A DNA stretch of 64,000 nt from Acidobacteriota bacterium. GTDB taxonomy: Bacteria; Acidobacteriota; UBA6911; RPQK01; JAJDTT01. Positions within the stretch are counted from its first letter, which is position 1; every line of letters starts with the position of its first letter. Positions 51,535-60,699 of this stretch are shown here, one piece after another. The position numbers were made by a program, and so were the translations under genes. The notes under the pieces were generated by a model. The model was not told the DNA's origin. It saw only the letters and a list, made by a program, of their open reading frames with translations, and made no database searches. The stretch lies in assembly GCA_965263035.1 (NCBI GenBank), contig OZ253580.1:4224001-4288000 (forward strand), written 5' to 3'.

Positions 51535-52569
51535 ATGACGCCCTCTCCTTCCGCAGAAAGGATCCTCCGGGACTCGATCGTCATCGACGCCCACGGTCAT
51601 TTCTTGGACCTGGCCGCCACGTCGCGCCTCCAACTGCATGAGTCCCTGGGCGGGCTCACCGACGTGCCCCTGATGCGCGCCGGCGGCGTGTCCGCCCAGT
51701 TGACGGCCTGCTGGGTGCCCGACGTCCGGATCGGTGGACCCCACGGCAGCCGGCAGCCCTTTCGGGACGTCATGAAGATGTTGGATTACGTCCACCGGGA
51801 GTTGGATGGAGAAGCGGGGGACCACGTGGTTCTGGCCGGGACCGCCGGGGACATCGAAGGGGCGGTGGCACAGTCGAAGACAGCCTTCGTGTTGGGGCTC
51901 GAAGGGGGAGACGCGCTGCAGGGTGATCCGGATCGACTCCGGACGCTGTACCTGGCGGGCCTGCGCCATGTCTGCCTCGTCCACGAGGGACGGAACGCCA
52001 TTGCCGTGGCGACGCAGGTCTGGGAGGGGCAGACCATGCGCGCCTACGACCCCAGGATCGATGCCCCGGGAGGACTGAGTGCCGTCGGCAGGCGGATCGT
52101 CCGCGAGATGAACCGGCTGGGCATGCTGGTGGACGTCACCCACATGATCGAGGAGAGCTTCTGGGACACGCTGGAGGTCTCGACTGCGCCCGTGATCGCC
52201 TCCCACGGGAATGCGCGTTCTCTGCGGGATACCGTAAGGCACTTGACCGATGAGCAGATCCGGGCCGTCGCCGACACCGGAGGGATCGTCTGTCCCAGTC
52301 CCTTTCCGCTCGGCCCCACCCGGGAGCTGCCCAGTCTGGAGATGATGCTCCGGCATGTCGATCACATGGTCCGTCTGGTGGGCCCCGACCACGTCGGTTT
52401 CGGAACCGACTTCCTGGAGCAGACGGGATCCCGGCCCGCCGGTTTCGGGGACATTGGCGAGACACCGCGATTCGTCGAGGGGCTGCTGGAACTCGGATAC
52501 GGCTCCACGGCGATTCGGAAAATCATGGGCGGCAATTTCTTGCGGGTCTTCCGGCAGGTCGCGGGTTGA
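51535..52569 (+). CDS. Membrane dipeptidase (M19) family
   Basis: IDAH, LEGG, MNRLGMLVDVTH, ASHGN, GFGTDF, GGNFLRV. Confidence 0.9.
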   Translation: MTPSPSAERILRDSIVIDAHGHFLDLAATSRLQLHESLGGLTDVPLMRAGGVSAQLTACWVPDVRIGGPHGSRQPFRDVMKMLDYVHRELDGEAGDHVVLAGTAGDIEGAVAQSKTAFVLGLEGGDALQGDPDRLRTLYLAGLRHVCLVHEGRNAIAVATQVWEGQTMRAYDPRIDAPGGLSAVGRRIVREMNRLGMLVDVTHMIEESFWDTLEVSTAPVIASHGNARSLRDTVRHLTDEQIRAVADTGGIVCPSPFPLGPTRELPSLEMMLRHVDHMVRLVGPDHVGFGTDFLEQTGSRPAGFGDIGETPRFVEGLLELGYGSTAIRKIMGGNFLRVFRQVAG

Positions 52570-52877
52570 CTAGGAGGGGGGACTTTTAGTCCTCCATTCC
52601 CCGGAGTCGGCGGCTAGAAACCGCCGCTCCAGCCGCCGCTCCCAAATTCCCCCACCAACGCGTTTTTTGTCATTAATAGTAAAAACTCGGCCACTATTTA
52701 CTATAGATAGAAAATAGTTCGCCAATGACTCGAACCCTGTCTCCCGTTTCCTCGATTTGTGATCGGTCTGGGATTTGAGATTCAGGATCCAATTCGAAAT
52801 TCTCCCATGGGGGTGTTACTCTCCAAATCAAGTCTGGATAGCCGGTTCCAGTGGGGCGGAGACAAAGGGAGCGATAC

Positions 52878-54008
52878 ATGAACCTCAGGAAATTGTTGTT
52901 GGCCGTTTGCGTCTTCGGGTTGGCGGGGGGCGCCGCCTTCGCCCAGGACTACGAGTCCATCGACGGCGCCGTCATCTACGACTATGACCCGTCGACGAAA
53001 CTGGGTGATGAGGTTTTCGGGACCGTCATATCCAATCTGGAGCGCGACTTTCCCGGCCGGAATTCTCACGGCGGGCCGGTCTGCATGCAGTATCCCGACG
53101 GCCGCATCGTGGCCTTCAACACCAACACCAGCGACCACAACCTGGACGGTTGGAGCGAGCATGCCGAGAGCCGCGACGGCGGCAAGACCTGGGACATGTA
53201 CAACCGGTTCCCCTATTCGTTCGAGGCCTACTTGAGAAACGCCAAGCGGCCGGCCTGGATCGAAGCGGGCCTGGTCACGGCCAATGGAACCGTGGTCGTC
53301 TTCGTGACCCATTTCATCTTGGGCGGAAGCCGGACCATGAGCGGTTTCATGAGGAGTTACGACCAGGGCGCCAGCTGGACCCACTACGAGTCGGTCGACG
53401 GGACCCATATCGGCTATCCCGTCGGCACGGCAGTCGACGGCGACACCAACTACGTCATCTACGATTCCGATGGCGGAGGCCCCCATGTTCTGTACGTCAG
53501 TACCGACGACGGGCGATCCTGGCAGAAGCGGAGCACCCTGTCGCTGCAGGACGACGTCTGGTACGGGGCCGTGACCTTGATGGCGGACGGCGGACTGCTG
53601 GCCGGGGCCTACCACTCGGACGACGAGTACCACTTCTATTACTGCATCAGCAAGGACCAGGGCCGCACCTGGACCGAGCAGAGGAAGGCGCGGGTCGACC
53701 AGAAGGTTCGGGATCCGGAGCTAGGCTACGTCGGTGGCCGGTACTATCTCCACGGGAGGTCCGGAAGCTACGGTGAGGGCTCGGACCGCTTCGTTCTCTA
53801 CCAATCCTCCGACGGAGAGAACTGGGGCAACGCCATCGTCGTCAGCAGCGATACCGGCCGGGGGGACGGATACAGCGCGAACTGTCTGATCCACACCGAC
53901 GAAGACGGCGCCCCCGACGAGTTGATGGTCCTTTACAGCATCCAATACAAGAAAGTCGACGCCAACGAGTACGTCTTCTTCATCAGGCCCGGCAACAAGG
54001 GGAACTAA
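52878..54008 (+). CDS. BNR/Asp-box (sialidase-family) protein
   Basis: S.D.G.TW repeats; close paralog of 20737-21882. Confidence 0.8.
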   Translation: MNLRKLLLAVCVFGLAGGAAFAQDYESIDGAVIYDYDPSTKLGDEVFGTVISNLERDFPGRNSHGGPVCMQYPDGRIVAFNTNTSDHNLDGWSEHAESRDGGKTWDMYNRFPYSFEAYLRNAKRPAWIEAGLVTANGTVVVFVTHFILGGSRTMSGFMRSYDQGASWTHYESVDGTHIGYPVGTAVDGDTNYVIYDSDGGGPHVLYVSTDDGRSWQKRSTLSLQDDVWYGAVTLMADGGLLAGAYHSDDEYHFYYCISKDQGRTWTEQRKARVDQKVRDPELGYVGGRYYLHGRSGSYGEGSDRFVLYQSSDGENWGNAIVVSSDTGRGDGYSANCLIHTDEDGAPDELMVLYSIQYKKVDANEYVFFIRPGNKGN

Positions 54009-54200
54009 CGCCTGAGCGAGCAGTCTCGGATCAGGGCCGAAAACGGCGAGATCAACACGGTCAGCGAGCGAACCACCAGAGAGTCCACATCTCGGGCGCG
54101 CGGTTTCCGGGCGCGGCACCGGATTCCGGTTCTTCTTCCAGTTCTGTTCTTCACTTGGCTTCCGCCATCGCTTCCGGCTCAGGATTCATTCCTGGGAGAC

Positions 54201-56378
54201 TTGACCGGACGCTGGCAGCTCCTGGTGGACGACCACCTGATCGAGGAGAAGCGAGGTGTCGTCCGGACCTACCATCCGCTGAAGAAGCATCCGGCCAATC
54301 CCGTACTGGGCATGAAAGGGTCCTGGGGGGAGCGGCGCACCACCCCCTACGGCACCGTCCTGCCGGGGGAGGACGGCCAGGGATACCGCATCTGGTACGA
54401 CATCTGGGACGGAGACTGCCACAACTTCTATGCCACCAGCCAGGATGGCATTCGCTGGGTTCGGCCGAGCCTGGGCCTGGTCGATCGCCGGGGTTCCCGG
54501 GCCAACAACCTCTTCTATCGCCGGACCCGGTTGGACCATATGCCCCAGATTATCCATACTCCCTGGGAAGCGGACTCCGATCGACGATACAAGATGGTCA
54601 ACTTTGATTTCGGCGCGGGCTCTCGCGGCCCTGCCGGCAGGGGTTACTGGGGAGCCACCTCCCCCGACGGGATCCATTGGACGGATTCCCCGCGTAATCC
54701 GATCCTGCCCGATCCGGGAGACGTGGGGCACTTCCTCTGGGATCCCAACCGGCGGAGCTATCTCGGCTATACGAAGCTCTACGCTCCGGTCCGGGGATAC
54801 CGGCGCCGCTCGGTGGGCGTCAACTCCACGACCCGGTTTCAGCACTGGCCCCCGACGGAGCTGATCCTGGTCCCGGACGAGTTCGATGACCGCTGGGTGA
54901 CACGGAGTGGCCAACATACCGACTTCTACGGCCTCGCAGCCTTTCCTTACCAGAGCCAATATCTCGGTTTCCTCTGGATCTTTCGGATCGTGGACGGCGG
55001 AAACGACGGTTCCATCTTCTGTGAGCTGGTGAGCAGCCGGGACGGAGTCACCTGGAAACGCCAGGAGGGCGATCGGATTCCAATGCTGGCTCCGGGTCCC
55101 GCGGGGGCGTGGGACAGCGGCCAGGTCCAGACGTTCAACCATCCACTGCAGGTCGGCGGGAAGTTGCGGGTCTACTACGGCGCCATCGAGACGACCCATG
55201 GCTTCCAGGAGGGCGACGGCGCCATCGGCTTGGCCACCTTGCGCAAAGATGGGTTCGTTTCCCTGGATGCCGGGTCCGACGTCGGGGTCGTCACCACCCG
55301 TCTTCTGATGAACTTGGAGGGTGAGCTACGCCTCAACGCAGACGCCGGAGCAGGAGAGATCCGAGTCGAAGTGCTGGATCGAACGGGTGAGGTTCTGCCC
55401 GGCTACGGCCGGGACGAGTGCCGGCCCATGTCGGAAGAAGGCATCGACTTCCCGGTGCGGTGGCGGGCTCATGAGAAGTTGCCCAGGTCTCGGGAACCTC
55501 TGCGTATTCGTTTTGTGTTGACCCGGGCCTCCCTTTTCTCATTTCGGGCCGGCGACTCGGTTCGGCTCTTCAGCCGGACTGCGCCGCTTGAAGTCTCCTA
55601 TTCGTTCGAGTCGTTTCAAGGGGACGGAGTGGACGATCAGGCGGCGGAGGATGGAGTCCAGCCAGGCCGCCTGCACGGCTCCCTGGCCATTGTCCGAGAT
55701 CCTGACGCAGACCCCGGGGAATCCTCGGCCCTGCGGTTTCCGGAACAGGGAGCCGGCTCGAGTCGATTTGAGGTGCCGGGAACGTCACATCTGGGTCACC
55801 ATTTCACGTTGGCGTCCCGCGTCAAGACACGAAGCCCGGACCGGATGCGCCTGTTCAGCACCCATCGGGGCAGTGGACCCGCGGCTGTGGGAGAGCTGAT
55901 TTTCGACTTCGAGCCTGCAACGGGCGCCTTGCGCCTGGTCGTCAACGGGCAGGAGATCGCCTCGCCGGCAGCCTCGTTCGCAGACGGCACGTACCATCAT
56001 CTGGCCGCCACCTACGATCGGGGCCGGGTCGTTCTCTATCTGGACGGGCGGGTCGTGGCATCGGGCCGGATCCGTTCCGGCGCCGCCCGTTTATTCAGGG
56101 ACGACTCCGTCGTCGAATACTTCGGCCCTCCGGAGACGCCTCCGCTGGCTGGGGTGCATCTGGCGGACAACCTGCATCTGGGAGCAGACCGGGCCGGAAC
56201 ATTCGTCGGCCACGGATGGCAGATCGCGGGTTCCAATCGTTACCAACTAATGGGATGGGTGGACGATGTTCTGGTAGCCAGACGAGTCTTGAGCGCCTCC
56301 GAGATCCAGGGTTTGAGCCGGCGCGGCGTCGAGGAAACGGGTGCGGTAGGCGGGGAATCGAGACGAAGGGAGCAATAG
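54201..56378 (+). CDS. Beta-propeller protein with C-terminal LamG-like domain (true start probably upstream)
   Basis: LLVDD, SQDGIRW, LRKDGF; YHHLAATYD...LYLDG, G.VDD. Confidence 0.75.
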   Translation: MTGRWQLLVDDHLIEEKRGVVRTYHPLKKHPANPVLGMKGSWGERRTTPYGTVLPGEDGQGYRIWYDIWDGDCHNFYATSQDGIRWVRPSLGLVDRRGSRANNLFYRRTRLDHMPQIIHTPWEADSDRRYKMVNFDFGAGSRGPAGRGYWGATSPDGIHWTDSPRNPILPDPGDVGHFLWDPNRRSYLGYTKLYAPVRGYRRRSVGVNSTTRFQHWPPTELILVPDEFDDRWVTRSGQHTDFYGLAAFPYQSQYLGFLWIFRIVDGGNDGSIFCELVSSRDGVTWKRQEGDRIPMLAPGPAGAWDSGQVQTFNHPLQVGGKLRVYYGAIETTHGFQEGDGAIGLATLRKDGFVSLDAGSDVGVVTTRLLMNLEGELRLNADAGAGEIRVEVLDRTGEVLPGYGRDECRPMSEEGIDFPVRWRAHEKLPRSREPLRIRFVLTRASLFSFRAGDSVRLFSRTAPLEVSYSFESFQGDGVDDQAAEDGVQPGRLHGSLAIVRDPDADPGESSALRFPEQGAGSSRFEVPGTSHLGHHFTLASRVKTRSPDRMRLFSTHRGSGPAAVGELIFDFEPATGALRLVVNGQEIASPAASFADGTYHHLAATYDRGRVVLYLDGRVVASGRIRSGAARLFRDDSVVEYFGPPETPPLAGVHLADNLHLGADRAGTFVGHGWQIAGSNRYQLMGWVDDVLVARRVLSASEIQGLSRRGVEETGAVGGESRRREQ

Positions 56379-56419
56379 ACTGTTCGCAATGGTCTGCCGG
56401 GACGGATAGGAGGATTGTC

Positions 56420-57757
56420 GTGGTGCAAGAACTGGATCGTCGTGAGTTTCTGGGAAGGTCGACCGCTGCCGCTGTGGCCCTTGCGTCCTCGAGGCCCCTC
56501 TATTCCTCGGCGCAATCCGGATCGGCGTTGGACCGGCTCAACATCGCATCGATCGGCGTCCACAATCGGGCGGCGTCGAATCTGAAGGGCGTCGCCAGCG
56601 AGAACATCGTCGCCCTTGTGGATATCGACCAGGAGTTTCTCGATGCCGCGGGCGAGACCTATCCCAACGCTCGCCGGTACCGGGACTACCGGGTCATGTT
56701 GGAGAAGGAGGCCGAGAAGATCGACGCCGTCCTCGTCAGCACGCCCGACCATACCCATGCTCCGGCGGCATCGATGGCCCTGCAGATGAAGAAGCACGTC
56801 TACTGCGAGAAGCCGCTCGCCCACACCATCTACGAAGCGCGAAGACTGGCCGAACTGGCGGCCGAAAACAGCCTGGTCACCCAGATGGGGACGCAGGTCC
56901 ACGCCGAGGAGAACTATCGCCTGGTGGTCGAGCTGGTCCGGAGCGGCGCCATCGGTGAAATCCGCGAAGTCCACGTCTGGGTCAACGTCGACTACTCGGG
57001 CCGGCGGATGATCACCGGCAAACCGAGCCCCGGCCACGTCGACTGGGATCTCTGGCTGGGTCCCGCGGCGGCCCGGCCCTACTGCGAGAGTGTCAAGGAG
57101 GACGGTTCGGTGATCGCGGTTCACCCTTTCAACTGGCGCTGGTTCTGGGACTACGGCACCGGTGCCCTGGGGGACTTCGCCTGCCACTGGATGGACCTCC
57201 CCCATTGGGCGCTGGATCTCAAGCATCCGACTCGGGTGTCGGCGGCCGGTCCCTCTCCGCTCCTGGAGAGCGCGACTTCCGGCCTGATCGTGACCTACGA
57301 GTATCCGGCCCGGGGCTCCCTGCCGCCGGTGACGTTGAAGTGGTACGACGGCGGAAAGAGGCCGGACCTTCTGGCCGGGTTCAAGGACCCCGAGGGCCAG
57401 CCCCTGGACCCGGACCGCGGGCAGCTCTTCGTCGGCTCGGAAGGAATGATCCTCTCCAACTACTCGGAGCACATGCTGCTTCCGGTCGAGAAGTTCGCCG
57501 GGTTCAAACGTCCGGATCCCTTCATTCCCCGGTCGCCCGGACACCATCAGGAATGGATCCAGGCCATCAAGACGGGCGGGACCGCCAACTGCAATTTCGA
57601 CTATTCGGGGGCCCTCACCGAGGCCGTCCTGCTGGGGGTTGTGGCCTATCGGAGCGGCCGGACCATCGAGTGGGACGCGCGTTCGTTACGCATTACCAAC
57701 TCGGCGGCCGCCCAGCAACTCCTCCACAAGGAGTATCGCAAGGGCTGGACACTGTAG
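56420..57757 (+). CDS. Gfo/Idh/MocA oxidoreductase with Tat signal
   Basis: DRREFL, STPDHTH, YCEKPL, WDLWLGPA; RBS AGGAGG. Confidence 0.9.
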   Translation: MVQELDRREFLGRSTAAAVALASSRPLYSSAQSGSALDRLNIASIGVHNRAASNLKGVASENIVALVDIDQEFLDAAGETYPNARRYRDYRVMLEKEAEKIDAVLVSTPDHTHAPAASMALQMKKHVYCEKPLAHTIYEARRLAELAAENSLVTQMGTQVHAEENYRLVVELVRSGAIGEIREVHVWVNVDYSGRRMITGKPSPGHVDWDLWLGPAAARPYCESVKEDGSVIAVHPFNWRWFWDYGTGALGDFACHWMDLPHWALDLKHPTRVSAAGPSPLLESATSGLIVTYEYPARGSLPPVTLKWYDGGKRPDLLAGFKDPEGQPLDPDRGQLFVGSEGMILSNYSEHMLLPVEKFAGFKRPDPFIPRSPGHHQEWIQAIKTGGTANCNFDYSGALTEAVLLGVVAYRSGRTIEWDARSLRITNSAAAQQLLHKEYRKGWTL

Positions 57758-57894
57758 CCACGGATCCGACGCTTTCGCGAATGAATGCCGCGCCCGTGAA
57801 TCGGAGGAAGTTCCTTCCACCATCCGGCACCCGGGTGACCGCCGGGACATAGTGGCCCATAGGGGCGGCATCAACCAACAGGACGGAGACGGCG

Positions 57895-59223
57895 ATGAAC
57901 GTGAAAATACTTGTAGCCGGCACACTCCTCGTTGCGGCAGGTCTGACGCCGGGACTGCGGGCTCAGCCGCTCCCCAGAACTCTCGACCTCGACCAGGCCA
58001 TCGAGTTCGCACTCTCTCGCCACGCCGATCTGGACGCCGCCCGGGCGGCGATCGACGCGCGCGCCGGCTCGACGCGGCAAGCCGGTCTGTCGCCGAACCC
58101 GGTGTTCTCATTACAGACGGAGAACTGGCGGTTCTACGGCAATCCAGGGTTTTCGGCCTCCCGCGACCTTGACCTGTTTGCGTGGGTGAGCGTACCGATC
58201 GAGACCGCGGGCAAGCGGACCCGGCGCGTCGAGCTTGCCGAGGCCGATGAACGCATCGCGGAGCACGAAAGCCAACTGGCTGCCTGGAGAATTCGCCAGA
58301 GCGTCAAGAAGGCCTATTGGGAAGCCCTGGCAACCGTGAACGACGCAAAGATGCTGGGGCGCAGCCGCGACACCCTGCAACGCCTGGAGAACTACCACGA
58401 GGTGCGGGTGCGGCTGGGCGCGATGGCCGAGGTGGACCTGATCAAGGTTCGAGTCGAAGCCGGGCGGGCCGCACTGGCCGTCTCCGGCGCCGAGATGGAG
58501 ATCAGCCGCGCCAAGATCGCCTTGCTGGAGGCGATGGGGATCCCGGAGTTGAGCACCGGCTTCGAGGTGCGGCAGCCGGACGCACGGCCAGTCGAAGTCA
58601 GCTGGGACGCCGCCCAGGCCGTTGAGCAGACCGTGGAGCAGGCGTTGGCTCACCGCGCGGAGATCCGGCTCGGCCAAGCCCAGGTGGAGCGCGCCCGCGC
58701 GGCCGTAGAATTGCAACGGTCGCTGGCGCGGCCCGACGTGAGGCCCTATGTTGGTTACAAGCGGAGCGACGCGTTCCACACTCTCATCGGCGGGATCTCG
58801 ATCTCGTTGCCGGTTCGCGACCGGAACACGGGCCGTATCGGGGCGGCCTTGGCCGAGGTCCGCCGCCGGGAAGCGGCCCTGCGGGCAGCGGAAGCGCGCA
58901 TTGGCGCCGAGGTGGCCGCAGCGGTCGAGACGGTGCGGCGGCGCTCGGAAATGTTGCGCTCGATGGAGACCGGAGTGCTCGATCATGCGCGGGAAACCTC
59001 TCGGATCGCGCTCGCCGCTTACCAGGAAGGCGGGGTCGAACTGCTCGACGTGCTCGACGCCCAGCGCACCCGGAACGAACTCGGCCTGTTCCACTCACAG
59101 TTGGTGTTCGACTACCAATTGAGCTGGGTGGACCTGGAGACCGCCTCGGGCACGCCGAACCTGTCGCTGTCCACGGAGGGGACCCAAACGGCGATGGTGC
59201 GTTTCGGCGCCACGGTCGAGTGA
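57895..59223 (+). CDS. TolC/CzcC-family outer membrane efflux protein
   Basis: Signal peptide, helical repeats, AYQEG...LLDVLDAQR; operon context. Confidence 0.85.
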   Translation: MNVKILVAGTLLVAAGLTPGLRAQPLPRTLDLDQAIEFALSRHADLDAARAAIDARAGSTRQAGLSPNPVFSLQTENWRFYGNPGFSASRDLDLFAWVSVPIETAGKRTRRVELAEADERIAEHESQLAAWRIRQSVKKAYWEALATVNDAKMLGRSRDTLQRLENYHEVRVRLGAMAEVDLIKVRVEAGRAALAVSGAEMEISRAKIALLEAMGIPELSTGFEVRQPDARPVEVSWDAAQAVEQTVEQALAHRAEIRLGQAQVERARAAVELQRSLARPDVRPYVGYKRSDAFHTLIGGISISLPVRDRNTGRIGAALAEVRRREAALRAAEARIGAEVAAAVETVRRRSEMLRSMETGVLDHARETSRIALAAYQEGGVELLDVLDAQRTRNELGLFHSQLVFDYQLSWVDLETASGTPNLSLSTEGTQTAMVRFGATVE

Positions 59224-59408
59224 AGGTGTATCAGCCCGTGGCAAAAGTCGTCGCGGCATTCGACCGGGTCTGCATCGTGCGCGGACTGCGTTGCGCCTCG
59301 GTCACATAGGGTCGAATATGCTCCCTCACCGCGCCTTGTCCGGCGGGCGCAGCCCCGGTCTCGGTGCTACGCGGGACATTCACCACGGACTGATATCGGT
59401 GGAAGCTG

Positions 59409-60656
59409 GTGACCATGCGAACTTTGGAACCTGAAATCCGGCGAATATCCCGGGCGGCGGTGGCCGCGGCTCTGATGATGACGTGGGCCGGATGCTCGCA
59501 ACCGGCCGCCGAAACGGAGCCGGCCGAAGCTGAGGCTGCACCCGACCCGGGCTTGATCCGTCTCGACGCGGAAGCGGTTCGAATCGCCGATATCACGCTC
59601 GCCGACGTGGAAGTCAGAAAACTCGAAAAGGAATTGCAGGTCCCGGGACGGGTCACGGTCAACGAGGACGCTACCGCGCGCGTGGGCTCGTTTACCGAAG
59701 GGGTCGTTGTCGCGTGTTGCGAGTCGGTTGGCACGGACGTCGAAAAGGGACAGGTGATCGCCCGCCTCCACAGCCACGAGGTCCATGACGCCGAAGCCTC
59801 CTACTGGCAGGCCCGGGCCGAGTTGAAACGGCGGCAGACGGAACTGCAGTTCGCTGAGGAGTCTTACCAGCGGGCTTCCCGCCTTCACGAGTTGAAGGCC
59901 GGCTCGCTGCAGCAGGTCCAGGAGGCTCAAACGAAGTTTCGAAGTGCTGAGATGTTTCTCGAGATCGCCAGGGCGGGAGTGGAGCGTTCCGAGAAACACC
60001 TGCTCTACTTGGGCCTCACCCCGGAGCGACTACCGGGAGCGGCCGGCGAGGACCACCGCGCGGATGAAGAGGTACCCTTGATCGAGGTGCGCTCGCCGGT
60101 ATCAGGCACCATCATCGAGCGCATGGTCAGTCCGGGCGCCGTGGTCGCGCCGTCGGATTCGCTTTACGTCATCAGCGACTTGAGGAGCCTGTGGGTGATC
60201 GCTCAGGTCCCCGAGCAGCATCTCTCGTCGCTACGGAACGGACTGGCCGTGGAAGTGTCGGTGCGGGCGTACCCCGGCAAAACTTTTCCGGCTCGCATCA
60301 CCTACATCGGCGACGCACTCGATCCGGAGACGCGAACCGTCGAGGTGCGCTGCGAGTTGAACAACCCCGGCCGGCGGCTCAAGAGAGAGATGTTCGCGAC
60401 GCTCACCATCAGCGCCGGCGGCGGTAGGGAAGTGGTCGTCGCACCGCTTGCGGCGCTGCAGAATGTGGATGGGCAAGAGATCCTGTTCGTGCCGGAGGGA
60501 GAGTATTCCTTTCGAGCGCGCCGGGTCCAGGTCGGCCGGCACTCCGATTCCGTTGTCGAAATCGTGAGCGGGCTGCAGGCGGACGAGAAGGTGGTGGTGA
60601 ACGGCGCCTTCCAACTCAAGTCCGAGTTGCTCAAGGCCCGAATGATTGAAGAGTAG
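59409..60656 (+). CDS. CzcB-type RND periplasmic adaptor
   Basis: VRSPVSGTI, LDPETRTV.VR, VVVNGAF.LK. Confidence 0.88.
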   Translation: MTMRTLEPEIRRISRAAVAAALMMTWAGCSQPAAETEPAEAEAAPDPGLIRLDAEAVRIADITLADVEVRKLEKELQVPGRVTVNEDATARVGSFTEGVVVACCESVGTDVEKGQVIARLHSHEVHDAEASYWQARAELKRRQTELQFAEESYQRASRLHELKAGSLQQVQEAQTKFRSAEMFLEIARAGVERSEKHLLYLGLTPERLPGAAGEDHRADEEVPLIEVRSPVSGTIIERMVSPGAVVAPSDSLYVISDLRSLWVIAQVPEQHLSSLRNGLAVEVSVRAYPGKTFPARITYIGDALDPETRTVEVRCELNNPGRRLKREMFATLTISAGGGREVVVAPLAALQNVDGQEILFVPEGEYSFRARRVQVGRHSDSVVEIVSGLQADEKVVVNGAFQLKSELLKARMIEE

Positions 60657-60699
60657 CGGCCGCGCCGGTCGGGTCGCGGAGCCCGTCGGCATCTGTAAC

